DNA of 64,000 nt from Nemertoderma westbladi. Lineage: Eukaryota; Animalia; Xenacoelomorpha. This document shows, piece after piece, positions 63,559 through 64,000 of this stretch. The stretch is from NCBI GenBank assembly GCA_032718475.1, contig JAUCBJ010008837.1, forward strand, positions 1 to 64,000, written 5' to 3'. Each line of letters opens with the position of its first letter. The stretch's first letter is position 1. The translations under genes were made by a program, and so were the position numbers. The notes beneath the pieces are model-generated. The model searched no databases. It was not told the origin of the DNA and saw only the letters and a list, made by a program, of their open reading frames with translations.

Positions 63559-64000
63559 TTAATACTAACATTCCTTTATATAATATGATATAATAAAATA
63601 GGTTAAAGCAATATGCAGTTTGAATAGAAATTAATTTGAGTAATTACAATAATTTTAACGTTATAAGAATGACCAAGATGGCTATAAAGCAATTACTTAA
63701 ATAATAAATTATTATTTAATTATAAAATAAATTATTTATTTTCTCATAGGCTAAATTTGCGTGAGGACCGGCCGGCGAGCGAGATTGGGAGCGCAGTTGT
63801 CCCTTACAGTTACTCCTTACAGTATTTGCCTATGTCGAACCATCTGAAATTCCTCGGACACAAACTGGGAAATTCTAACCCCGCTAGCAACCTCCACAAT
63901 GTTATCCAGACAATAGCCATGATGTCGCAAGTTTTCCATACCAAAGGATGGACAGCAAGGTGGCTCAACCTAGAGACCATCTTTAAGATGTGGAACACAC

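Larger units (their letters stand above)
57902..64000. mobile_element. Second copy (inverted, running off the window) of the reduced Polinton-like family
   Basis: Starts AGTAGTAGGGTCTTGG. Its TIR, promoter, PC4-like ORF and downstream sequence to ~61830 are the reverse complement of ~23120-27204. Predicted TSD is TTCGTA (57896-57901). Confidence 0.9.

Overview
This is an AT-rich eukaryotic, probably invertebrate, window made almost entirely of nested mobile elements; I recognise no host gene. A decayed BEL/Pao LTR retrotransposon (minus strand, LTRs 2866-4043 and 51147-52316, TSD ACAAT) has been stretched to about 49.5 kb by two insertions. The first is a near-complete Polinton/Maverick (31548-50267, TSD CCTATT, ~515-bp TIRs) with ATPase, integrase, two minor capsids, major capsid, adenain protease, pPolB, and TBP-like and PC4-like genes. 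The second is a 14.85-kb Polinton-like element (12353-27204, TSD GTTGTG, ~1-kb TIRs) that carries only pPolB, a TBP-like gene and a multi-PC4-like gene, with no recognisable integrase or virion genes. A second, inverted copy of that reduced element starts at 57902 inside the gag of a Ty3/Gypsy element whose integrase ends in a PHD finger. The best candidate for an undescribed system is the reduced 'replication-only' family. It has terminal hairpins with compensatory substitutions between copies and an array of isolated Pol III B-box motifs. Protein assignments come from motif recognition by eye, not from database searches.
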